Assembly: GCA_000002435.2 (NCBI GenBank)
Contig: CM018792.1
Length of the DNA: 64,000 nucleotides
DNA from: Giardia intestinalis
Lineage: Eukaryota
Reading direction: 5' to 3' (one strand)
The position numbers were made by a program, and so were the translations under genes. How positions within the stretch are numbered: position 1 is the stretch's first letter; each line of letters starts with the position of its first letter. This document shows positions 50,501-58,852 of the stretch, in pieces. A model generated the notes under the pieces. That model was not told the origin of the DNA, made no database searches, and worked only from the letters and a program-made list of their open reading frames with translations.

Positions 50501-52035
50501 ATAAGCATCAGCACGACACTCTTTTTGCACTGCTCTCCGGCGATGTTTCTGTTGATGAACTCGACTTCAGCTGCTTCCGCTCCCTTGCAGGTAAAACAGA
50601 TAGAGATGGCTACACCGCTCTAATGATAGCTGCCATCAATGGCAATCAGGCCTTTGTAGAGAAAATTGTGAGCACACCAAGCATGCACGAGGAACTAGGG
50701 AAAGTTGATCGTGAAGGGCGTAGCGCACTAATACTTTCAATACTACACCAGCGGGTGGCCTGCGCGAAGATACTCGTGACAGTGCCAGGAGAACTCGGTT
50801 GTAGCATGCCCGACGGAGTCACCCCCTTGATTCTAGCGATTCAGAAGCGATTTTATAGCATTGTCCCTTCTCTCCTAGAAGTCTCAGGGCAGCGCACCAA
50901 GGAAGGAAAGAGCGCACTTATGATAGCGATGGAACTAAATGCGCCCCTGCGTTCATTGGGGAGCCTCCCAGAAAGAGAAGCAACCCTGTGCAATGCCTTA
51001 GGGGAAAATGCACTCTTTTACACTATCAGAAACAACAAGCATCTCTATCTAGCCCGGCTTGCCGAGGTTGCCAATAATCGCCCAAATGACGCTGGGCTTT
51101 ATGCGATCAACATTGCTGTAGAACAAGATTGCTGGCAATGTTTCAAAACCATGTATGAATATGAGGCCCGCGCTGTCATTGGAACGCGAGAGGCCATCGG
51201 AGCGCCGTTCAAGACGTTGATCTTATCCATACTGCGGAACAATAGCATCCGTATACTTGAAAATATGAGTGCCCTTCTCCGTACTAAGCCTTTCAGGGTC
51301 CAACTTCCATCTACACAAGTCTCCGTGCTCGACAGTCTATCCCCCACTATGCTGGCAGCCAGAGAAGGAAACGAGGCAGAACTTTGCGCGCTGATCTGTA
51401 ATCAGCGTTCAGGCTCTAAAGCAAATGCCCATATTGTCCAAGTGTACAACGGTAGGACCGCCCTGATGGAGGCCGCAGCACGGGGCTACGCTTCTTGTGT
51501 AAGGCTACTTCTAGGTGAGGTGGGGTTTCGAGATGAAAATGGCCGCACTGCGCTGATGCTTGCAGCACAGAATGGGCACCTTGAATGCGTCCATCTGCTA
51601 CTCATAGAAGCAGGCGTTAAGACGATAACCCGCGAAACGGCTCTAACTCTTGCAGTGGCCAACGATATGACAGAGTGTGCAGATGTCCTTCTATGTAGAG
51701 AGTATTGGCTATCTGGAACCTCCTCTATGCTGCCGTTCAGTTTGGGGATACAGCACTCAAAGGCGTGTGCAGAAGTTGTCTCGATTAAGCGGGTTGTGAG
51801 TCTGTATAGGACATACTACAAGGATTATGAGGCGCAGATCGGCCGATGCCACATATGCCTCGATGAACTGTGTACTGTCCGGTGTCTTCCATGCAGTCAT
51901 GATGTTGCATGCCCGTCCTGCGTGCGAGATATTCTGGAGGCAACGCGTGCAGGAAACACTAAACGCAATCGCTGCCCAATCTGTAGAGCAGAGATTGAAA
52001 ACTGGACACAAGTATTTGTTGAAAGCAGTCTTTAG
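47503..52035 (+). CDS. NEK-like pseudokinase, ankyrin-repeat, C-terminal RING-finger protein (about 1510 aa from the first ATG)
   Basis: The track start at 47476 is GTG; the first ATG is at 47503. The kinase fold has GSGGLGDV, but VAIK is VAVR (Lys to Arg) and HRD is HCNIKPSNIL (Asp to Asn), while DFG and APE are retained. Multiple ankyrin repeats in the middle and C-terminal half (TALMLAAEHGSVECIKLLL, ETALVLAAKKGYVDCISLL, RTALMLAAQNGHLECVHLLL ...). C-terminal C3HC4 RING: CHICLDELCTVRCLPCSHDVACPSCV...CPICR. Confidence 0.75.
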   Translation: MGSERNLKNANTEMDVLKTCRYNDSSYIGSGGLGDVYRATSASSGVKVAVRRVDISKLSKEAWAELSTICKPYTNLIHPNLVRYYSVTIEQPFQQLLLEMELCNGGSLQDVIKKMRSDGTSFDEETVWSIASQIAAGLSWLHSPFNGVGVVPHCNIKPSNILIGSQGVFKLTDFGLQHVPFSRTIPTSQSGSALYRAPELRDGASAPSIRSDIWSFGLLLWTMCTLRHPLFNLDEVTEEPSIRLPTYSQVLNDLIEGCLRINPTSRLTITEVVSRIRANVPTSHSRSSSTARADTRTAFQYKNTNNLQPEITNEIVSNATYLMSSRPRSATMAKKSRVFADDPTDQSISTPVTGPEQKLTSIRPMSGRASTFSRSNTDLSVSQQVECSALLKQDQLPVATPNGPASLNIMSRSQAPRGNHDKSGMQAMVSSTAEASETVIQSRNKNLAESLRFQGAFPVARERPLQPGVGRPVPTVYSTTPSPSCPVSEPIEDGLRGEEDALYTSGAAIPPAASNEPRAEVNDLPHTLPEQDVPLSPIVDSLLMAAQNSRSASRADSRSVKRVPKHMSTTESSIVQQPSLKESLSAPQVSGASDDELSRAILSNDCNYFSIVLQKLYGDLLSQELLESCFKQAIAFSAHLVLPILAENLLAAGIKIKTGFGLESRQGVDVDFPSELMIAAQKGDAGLVRASLRDMGQIYKNRTALMLAAEHGSVECIKLLLGELAIQNSMGETALVLAAKKGYVDCISLLHAEGNLTYSEYDKFSDGALVSGLTPLMASIRSGQRHCIHEFQYLLKRQASNGATSLMYAVLGELDACIPYLVDECRITDNLGESALMKAVDGPSMQVVEFLSKYEGGIQDIEGRTALLRAIQNKNVTYVKAMLRIQKQSSERDIGLVANDGTTLFTAAIKSGSENLIYLLNAEDMSASKYLRSGARSANIQNVQQSGSVIKLENPSEDTAQQGSVQHTPQQTHQTLAERLQAVNNSLASAQPSLSKELLDKHQHDTLFALLSGDVSVDELDFSCFRSLAGKTDRDGYTALMIAAINGNQAFVEKIVSTPSMHEELGKVDREGRSALILSILHQRVACAKILVTVPGELGCSMPDGVTPLILAIQKRFYSIVPSLLEVSGQRTKEGKSALMIAMELNAPLRSLGSLPEREATLCNALGENALFYTIRNNKHLYLARLAEVANNRPNDAGLYAINIAVEQDCWQCFKTMYEYEARAVIGTREAIGAPFKTLILSILRNNSIRILENMSALLRTKPFRVQLPSTQVSVLDSLSPTMLAAREGNEAELCALICNQRSGSKANAHIVQVYNGRTALMEAAARGYASCVRLLLGEVGFRDENGRTALMLAAQNGHLECVHLLLIEAGVKTITRETALTLAVANDMTECADVLLCREYWLSGTSSMLPFSLGIQHSKACAEVVSIKRVVSLYRTYYKDYEAQIGRCHICLDELCTVRCLPCSHDVACPSCVRDILEATRAGNTKRNRCPICRAEIENWTQVFVESSL

Positions 52036-52091
52036 TTTTATATTCTATTAAACAATCTGTAAATGCAATCTCCTCCTTGGTTATGCGAACT

Positions 52092-53138
52092 TTATGCGAA
52101 CTTCCCATAGATAGGTGTTCCACACTTTCCACAACAACCATCCTTAAGATTGCAAACCTTACCGTCAAAGCCTGTCATGCGAGAAATAAGCAGTTCGCCA
52201 CACTGGGGGCAGCTCGTATTCAAGTACGATGTATCCCGCACATTGCCAGCATAAAGATAGAGGAGCCCGGCCTCCTTGCCGAAGGCCAAGGCACGCTCTA
52301 GCGTTTCTGTCGGAGTTCGTTCTTTGTCCAGCATTTTGTAGTCAGGATGAAACGCAGAAACATGCCACGGAATGTCCTTTCCAACAGATGCGATGAAATT
52401 AGCTATATCCTGCAGCTCCTCGCCTGAATCATTCATGCCGGGAACAATCAGAGTCGTGACTTCAACTATGACTTTTTTCGTGCTATAGAGGAATTTAATT
52501 GTGTTCTTGACTGGCTCAAGACTACCGCCCATGATCTTTCTGTACGTTTCCTGTCGAAATGTCTTCAGATCGACGTTGATTGCCGAGATCATTCCCACCA
52601 ACGCATCCAGTTGCTCCTTGCTTTCAAACCCATTCGACACATAGACGTATGATATGCCTTCTTTGGCTGCTAAGCAAGCAATGTCATAAGAATACTCAAA
52701 CCATATGCTGGGCTCGTTGTAAGTGGCTGCAATATGTCTGATGCGTCTCCTCTTGCAAATAAGTATGATCTCATCCGGCGTTAGAATGCGCCCGTCAGAT
52801 CTCTCCAGACAATAGTCTTCGATATCCTGCACGTTAGGCTTGTCCATACTGATGCTCCAATTCTGGCAAAACTTGCATGAAAAGTTACAGCCTATGGTGC
52901 CTATACTTAGTATCGCCTCTCCGGGATAATAGTGATAGAGGGGTTTCTTTTCCATTGGGTCAACGTGGAGGGCGCTAGGCTTCCCCCAGACGGCCAAGTA
53001 CAGTTTTCCATTATCGTTATAACGGACACCGCAGATCCCCGATTTTCCTTCTCCAATGGTACAATAATGAGAACAACAAGTGCACTGAACGCTCCCGGGG
53101 GTCTTGCCTGGTCGGTAGAGAACACACTCACGCTTCAT
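52092..53138 (-). CDS. Radical SAM enzyme of the AmmeMemoRadiSam / pyruvate-formate-lyase-activase-like type (348 aa)
   Basis: CX3CX2C radical-SAM cluster GCNFSCKFCQNW. It is preceded by the characteristic N-terminal Cys cluster (CTCCSHYCTIGEGKSGICGVRYNDNGKLY) and VDPMEKKPLYHYYPG. ATG at 53136-53138 (minus). Confidence 0.7.
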   Translation of the reverse strand: MKRECVLYRPGKTPGSVQCTCCSHYCTIGEGKSGICGVRYNDNGKLYLAVWGKPSALHVDPMEKKPLYHYYPGEAILSIGTIGCNFSCKFCQNWSISMDKPNVQDIEDYCLERSDGRILTPDEIILICKRRRIRHIAATYNEPSIWFEYSYDIACLAAKEGISYVYVSNGFESKEQLDALVGMISAINVDLKTFRQETYRKIMGGSLEPVKNTIKFLYSTKKVIVEVTTLIVPGMNDSGEELQDIANFIASVGKDIPWHVSAFHPDYKMLDKERTPTETLERALAFGKEAGLLYLYAGNVRDTSYLNTSCPQCGELLISRMTGFDGKVCNLKDGCCGKCGTPIYGKFA

Positions 53139-53230
53139 TTTTTGCCAAGGAGTCGTTCCGTGCGTGGCTGTTTAAGGACACACTTAGGATTTTGAGGAAG
53201 TTAGTCGTTATCACAATATACTGTGACTAA

Positions 53231-55672
53231 ATGGAGCTTCTGGAATCCCTCATTGCACTCGCAGAGATGCGGCCACACCAGATCAGAGAGTACATATCTA
53301 CAGGCCGAAAACGGCTAATGGATGCAGTTCACGATGGCCTGACTCCGTATCAACGTACAGCAATCACAATCCAGATCGATGAACTACAAAGACACAGGCT
53401 TCGACAGTTTCGACTACTTGATTTCCTTCTTGGCTTATCGACAGCCGATTCCTCTGTCTCAACGGCACTTCCTATCTATGCTTATAATAACCTTGCTAAG
53501 AGCAGTATCGAAGCAAGCACAAGTAGGGAGCCGAGCGACCTTTCCTCGAGCAACGACTCTTTCTCGGACGTCTCTTTGAGTGTAGCAAACCAATACGTTA
53601 TGTTTAGATGCTTACGCAATGGCGTAACACACTACAGATCAGAGTACGTCCTGCATCTTCTGGGCAAGTCTGTCTCACTAAGAAGACGCTACGGACGGCG
53701 CTTTCTACTTCCTTATCGGTTTTTCTATAGCCAACACGAGGACACTGTCCATATGTTTCTTTCTTTACGGGATTACATGGTTCTTTTACCGTTAGAAGTT
53801 ATTCTAGAGAACTTTGCAATCGCACGCTACCACCTCTTTGCAAATCTGTTCTGCTTCTTTATCAAAGATCTCTTGGATGTGATGGCGCTTTTTCATGAGC
53901 ATGAGATTGTGCTCAGCGGGGATCTATCTCATCTATGCGTTGATAGACTCTCTGGGAGAATAAAGCTTAACCTGTGTACGTATTCTGTCCCAATACCTCG
54001 TAGTTATCATGCTGGAGTAGAAGAGGATCTGCGTGCCGTTGCCAACCTAATTCTTCGATACACCCATGACTCTACGCTTTATCCCATATCCGATGTGCAA
54101 AAGCAGTTACTCCAGATTGCCTATTCCATACATCAATCAGTAAGCCAAGATCACAGTGATCAGTTCCTTGTGATTCCTAATCTATCTGATGTCGCCAAAT
54201 GTCTAGCTCAGCACCCTGTGTTCTTTAGTAACGCGTATCCTTCGATCTCTATTATTAACACGGACGTAGTGGCGGTCTTTACTACTGCGCAAGAGCTCAG
54301 TAAGGAAATGCAGGTTGCCTCAATTGATGAAACTGCCGATTCTATCTATCCTTTAGCAGATAGCACCCCTAGGGCAGATGCTTCCCTGTCACGGTCACCA
54401 GGAAGTCAGCATGATTTTGATAACTGGTTTACTACTGCCTCTTATCAACCTCTGCCACCTATAGGCGCCATGCTTCTGGGAAGTAACGCTGCTGCTACAC
54501 CAGCCACGCGGTCACGTACACAGGGCCCTGAGTCTTTAGAAATAGAGATGCTTGGTGACAGCCCGGTACATTTCGAGAGCACGTCATCAACTATTGAGTC
54601 ATCAACTACCGGACTATCGCCTGAGCCTCGTCTGAATCTCGAGTTACAAGTAGGACCGCCTCCCCCTATTCTCTCGACAGCAATGCGAATCAGTGATCGC
54701 TATACGCACAGTTGGAGAACTGTAGAAAGACTTAAGAGGGAAACTACAAAGACCAACGTAGAAGAAAACAGAGAAGGGCCGCACAATATACACTGTTGCG
54801 CTAAGACTAGTGAACAGTGCCTACCACCAGGGAAGCTTTTTCCGGTAGCAGTGCCCCAATTCCCCGTATCTGCCATATCGATCATTCAGGCACCGTCTCC
54901 TCAGCCTCAACCTCTGCATCAACGAGCCGCCTCGAATCCACCACCTTCCAACACGATCACAAGACTCCAGATTGCAAATCCAAACACCAGTCCCATAAGT
55001 TGGTCTCATGTGCCTACCAATGTACCCCCTGGGAAAGGCAGAAAGGCATCGTTTGGAGGGAGTGTACTGACAACGAAGATCTCACGTGGTGAGCATAGAA
55101 GCAAAAGTCAGCCTACTCCGGCTATAGCGCCGATTTCGAGAACAATCTACACACTGAACATTGGAACAGAGGCACCAGCACGCAAACCAGCGCAATTCCT
55201 TCCTCTGAAACAATCTATTCCTATAGAAGCCCGGCCTGAGCCTCAGGCAAAAGGTATAGCTGGATTGACAACAGTGGCGCCCCCTGCGTTCCCGTCAGCT
55301 TCAGGACAAGCCTTTCGAAGACATTCTCATAGCGCAGCTCCACCTCTCTCACAAACTGAGGTTACCGAAAGCATTTCTAAAGCCCTAGGCCCAAAGGTAC
55401 CATATCAATATACGCGCAATCCGGTATCTGTAGCGCATCAGCCCACGCTCTCAAGGTCTCTCAGTGCTCAACCACGTGCAAGTACTACGGAAGACGTGGA
55501 AGACTATGACGTTCTATACTCACGGGTTACTCTTCATGCGCCAAAGTTCGCAGAACCTGTACGGCGTGTATTGATAGAGAGAAACTTCAGTATCGCCGCA
55601 TCTGCTCCAAAGGCCACCAAGGATATCAACCCAATCGAGGAGCTGAATCAGGCGCTTGTAAATTATTGGTGA
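53231..55672 (+). CDS. Hypothetical protein (813 aa) with Ser/Pro/Thr-rich low-complexity C-terminal half
   Basis: Long ATG-initiated ORF. No recognisable domain. Confidence 0.6.
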   Translation: MELLESLIALAEMRPHQIREYISTGRKRLMDAVHDGLTPYQRTAITIQIDELQRHRLRQFRLLDFLLGLSTADSSVSTALPIYAYNNLAKSSIEASTSREPSDLSSSNDSFSDVSLSVANQYVMFRCLRNGVTHYRSEYVLHLLGKSVSLRRRYGRRFLLPYRFFYSQHEDTVHMFLSLRDYMVLLPLEVILENFAIARYHLFANLFCFFIKDLLDVMALFHEHEIVLSGDLSHLCVDRLSGRIKLNLCTYSVPIPRSYHAGVEEDLRAVANLILRYTHDSTLYPISDVQKQLLQIAYSIHQSVSQDHSDQFLVIPNLSDVAKCLAQHPVFFSNAYPSISIINTDVVAVFTTAQELSKEMQVASIDETADSIYPLADSTPRADASLSRSPGSQHDFDNWFTTASYQPLPPIGAMLLGSNAAATPATRSRTQGPESLEIEMLGDSPVHFESTSSTIESSTTGLSPEPRLNLELQVGPPPPILSTAMRISDRYTHSWRTVERLKRETTKTNVEENREGPHNIHCCAKTSEQCLPPGKLFPVAVPQFPVSAISIIQAPSPQPQPLHQRAASNPPPSNTITRLQIANPNTSPISWSHVPTNVPPGKGRKASFGGSVLTTKISRGEHRSKSQPTPAIAPISRTIYTLNIGTEAPARKPAQFLPLKQSIPIEARPEPQAKGIAGLTTVAPPAFPSASGQAFRRHSHSAAPPLSQTEVTESISKALGPKVPYQYTRNPVSVAHQPTLSRSLSAQPRASTTEDVEDYDVLYSRVTLHAPKFAEPVRRVLIERNFSIAASAPKATKDINPIEELNQALVNYW

Positions 55673-55717
55673 TTAATTTGGGGCATCTTCGGCAATCCTT
55701 GGACGAAATTCAAAAAC

Positions 55718-58558
55718 ATGTCTGACGAGCAGCTAGGCGCGAAATATACGCGCCAGGATCTGATTCTAACTAGCGAACTGGCTTGTGTGTATCGTGTCTT
55801 TTACAGAGAGCTTGATATGCAGCTTCTGATGCATGAATATACCCTACAGGGTGCAAAGTACTCTGATGAGCTTCATGCCCATCTAGCCGCTATGCAGGAA
55901 TTAGATCACATCTACTTAGACTCCTTAGTTGATAGCATTTCTCTTGATAGCGGAATAAAGCTATGTGCTATTTACGATCTTCATGATCATGGGTCCATTT
56001 CACAGGTGATGTCAAGCTACACTGAGCAGAAGATACCGATCAATGAAAACATGGTCTGGGAAATCAGTGCACAAATCATCAGTGCGCTGCGGTATTTGCA
56101 CAGCCACTCTTCTGCGGCAAATAGAGGCCTCCCCTACACCCATGGCAATCTTCGGCCAAGCAACATCTTGGTGACAGATAGCAATAAGCTTGTTCTAACA
56201 GCATATGGTTTTTCGCTCAATGACCCACGGATTAAGCATCTCTGTGAACCCGACTGGCAGTATGCTGCCCCGGAGGTTCTTTCCAGTCAGTCCTCAGGTG
56301 ATTATATGCCCCATAGTGATATGTTTTCCCTTGGTCTTATCCTGTTAGAGATGTGCACTGGAACACCTGCTTCGTGTCAGCGTAGGGAGGATGCACTAGA
56401 TGTACTGAACAACTTGCAACTTCCACTTTCAATTAGCGGCTACTCTATTGATTTGCTAGAGTTCATCAAGAAGCTTTTACAAGTGGACCCTAGTTGTAGA
56501 ATGACTGCAGCGGAAGCAGCCAACCATCCTGGCATAATTGAGGGCCTCAATAGAGTTTCTACCAGTCGACACTGCAGTCTCGAAACTATTATTACACAAG
56601 AAGATTTACAGAATACGGAGCAGAGTGACATTTCCTTGGCCATACCTGAGAACCTGATGTCCAAACATCTATCTCTAGCACCAGAACCCGAAGACAGGAC
56701 AGACGAGATTGCTCAGCTGTTAGAACTTATTGCTAACGATAACCTAGAGAAGTTGCTTGTTTGCCAACAATTCAACAATGATTGCTTCGCTCAACATGAG
56801 CGTGTGACAACCTATTTAAAGACACCAGATGTCATATGCAGATTACTTACCTTAGCTTTTGTGCCAATAGAACAGTGTTCAGAAAAATCTGCTGAGAAAA
56901 TGACGGCTCTGGTGATGCACCAGCTTCAAGGAGAGGCTATCTCTGTTATACAAGAATGTGGGTACGGAGCCGTTGTTCTGGAGTCTCTACTGCTACACCC
57001 CTACTTGCTAAACATCCCTTTTAGCATGCTCTCCAAGTTTATTGAAGAATATGAAGCAGGTGTGCTGCCTCGGCGGCTAGTGTATAGCAAGTACGATATT
57101 ATTCTGTCATCGTTTAACAAGCTAATTCTCTCTATCATTTCTTCTCCGAGCCGATTGCCGGGACTGTTCAGCGCACTTTCTAATGAAAACACGTCATGGA
57201 TGAGTCTCTGGATCCAGGGCATAGTCAATCCGCATATAAATGAAGCGCTGCGGAAACTTCTGCTTGATCAGGAGTGTCGTCGCAATCTAACATACAAGAA
57301 GCTAGACGCCTTTGTAGGGGAATTAGATCTAATTGGGCGTCTGCTAAAGCATCTGATCACCAGTGATTCTATTGAGGCATATGCTAATCTTGAATCTGCA
57401 GCCCACATTCTCCTGCAAATATTAACAGCTAGGGTTCCTTTTTTAAATCTTCGGGTGCTTGCGGGAACAGAAGCAGTAATAGAGCGGGTTTTGTCCCCCA
57501 CCATGAACACACCGGAGGCCTATCCGAGATTGCTCATCCTTTTAGATTTCATAGTTTGCGTTACCAGCGTTGTTATCTGCAAGAGCACAGTCATATGCTT
57601 AAGGTCTCGGCAAAAAATCAATGATCTGCTTATGGACACTAATGCCGTCGGGATTGACAGCGCTATGCTGCTATCGTGCTTGGAGGCTAACGACCGGGCA
57701 GAGATGCAGCTCTTTTTAGGCACATTTTCGGCTATTGAAGGCCTTTTTGCGAGGATTGAAGACCTGCTCTCTACGGTGTCCAATCCAATGATTAACTATT
57801 TGTGGATTGATTTTGTAGCTCGGTCCTTACAAATTACTAACGACGTAAGAACAGAGATCTATAAGTACCAAAACAACTGCCTTCCCAATGATGGGATCGA
57901 CAGTGCTAGCTTCAACGTGCCCTATGCATACGGGCTTAAGCCCATAGGATATGGTATGCTCCTGGGGCCCAACTCTGTGGCGCGCACCGGCGCTTCTGGA
58001 GTAAGGAACACCGTTGGCCTTGATGACACCTTTCTGCTGGATGCCAATACTGTTATCTCTGTTTCGATATACACAATTTGCAAGAAACTAACAGAAACCA
58101 ATCTCCTCTATCTCTTTGCACAGCATGCGGCAGCCAATCCATCATTCACAATATACCATGTTCGGTTTGTTAAGATAATGCATCTAGTTTTTGAGTACGG
58201 ACGCATAGACTTCAGAGTACTAGATAATGGTCTCAAGCGGTCTCGTTTGTTTGGATTCTACGAGGCGATGTCCGGCCAATACTTACATAGGCAACAGCAG
58301 CGTCTACCAACCGATAAGATGCATTGTAGCTTTACCTGCCACCTAGTATTTTTTCTTCGACAGGTGATGAAGATTGCAACATTTGGATCGCAATACGCCT
58401 GGGAGGCTGAAGGCAAGTCAGACCAACTTCCTAAGAACCTTGCAGACTTGAAAAGACTATTGGCCAAAGTGGATGATGAAAACGCCGATAAGATAGGGCA
58501 GCTCCTTATAAGTAGTAACTTTCTTGAACGTTTCAGTTCAATCTTCCTTTCAAAATAA
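55718..58558 (+). CDS. Hypothetical protein with N-terminal degenerate (NEK-like) pseudokinase domain, 946 aa
   Basis: HGNLRPSNILVTD in place of HRDLKPxN (Asp to Asn, Lys to Arg), YGF in place of DFG, APE retained (QYAAPEVL). No ankyrin repeats evident. Confidence 0.6.
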   Translation: MSDEQLGAKYTRQDLILTSELACVYRVFYRELDMQLLMHEYTLQGAKYSDELHAHLAAMQELDHIYLDSLVDSISLDSGIKLCAIYDLHDHGSISQVMSSYTEQKIPINENMVWEISAQIISALRYLHSHSSAANRGLPYTHGNLRPSNILVTDSNKLVLTAYGFSLNDPRIKHLCEPDWQYAAPEVLSSQSSGDYMPHSDMFSLGLILLEMCTGTPASCQRREDALDVLNNLQLPLSISGYSIDLLEFIKKLLQVDPSCRMTAAEAANHPGIIEGLNRVSTSRHCSLETIITQEDLQNTEQSDISLAIPENLMSKHLSLAPEPEDRTDEIAQLLELIANDNLEKLLVCQQFNNDCFAQHERVTTYLKTPDVICRLLTLAFVPIEQCSEKSAEKMTALVMHQLQGEAISVIQECGYGAVVLESLLLHPYLLNIPFSMLSKFIEEYEAGVLPRRLVYSKYDIILSSFNKLILSIISSPSRLPGLFSALSNENTSWMSLWIQGIVNPHINEALRKLLLDQECRRNLTYKKLDAFVGELDLIGRLLKHLITSDSIEAYANLESAAHILLQILTARVPFLNLRVLAGTEAVIERVLSPTMNTPEAYPRLLILLDFIVCVTSVVICKSTVICLRSRQKINDLLMDTNAVGIDSAMLLSCLEANDRAEMQLFLGTFSAIEGLFARIEDLLSTVSNPMINYLWIDFVARSLQITNDVRTEIYKYQNNCLPNDGIDSASFNVPYAYGLKPIGYGMLLGPNSVARTGASGVRNTVGLDDTFLLDANTVISVSIYTICKKLTETNLLYLFAQHAAANPSFTIYHVRFVKIMHLVFEYGRIDFRVLDNGLKRSRLFGFYEAMSGQYLHRQQQRLPTDKMHCSFTCHLVFFLRQVMKIATFGSQYAWEAEGKSDQLPKNLADLKRLLAKVDDENADKIGQLLISSNFLERFSSIFLSK

Positions 58559-58852
58559 AACCTTCTTCATCAAAAGGCAACGAGGCAAGGATCTGCGATA
58601 GAGGCTAAGCGGGCAGACCGAGCGGCTGCTCTGGCGGCGATTAAAAACAGTAAATCCGAGAAAGCCCCGCAGAAAACCTTTAGTCAACCGACAAAACCTG
58701 AGGCCAGAAAGGTCGTCGTTGTCAATGCTGGGCAAAAGAAAATCGTCAACGCCGCGCCTTCCTCTGGTGCAGCTCCACGGGTGGCAAATACTCCACAAGC
58801 AAGGGGTGACTCTGGTCCTGCATCTAGGCGCTCCCCGACCCAGGCACAAGGA

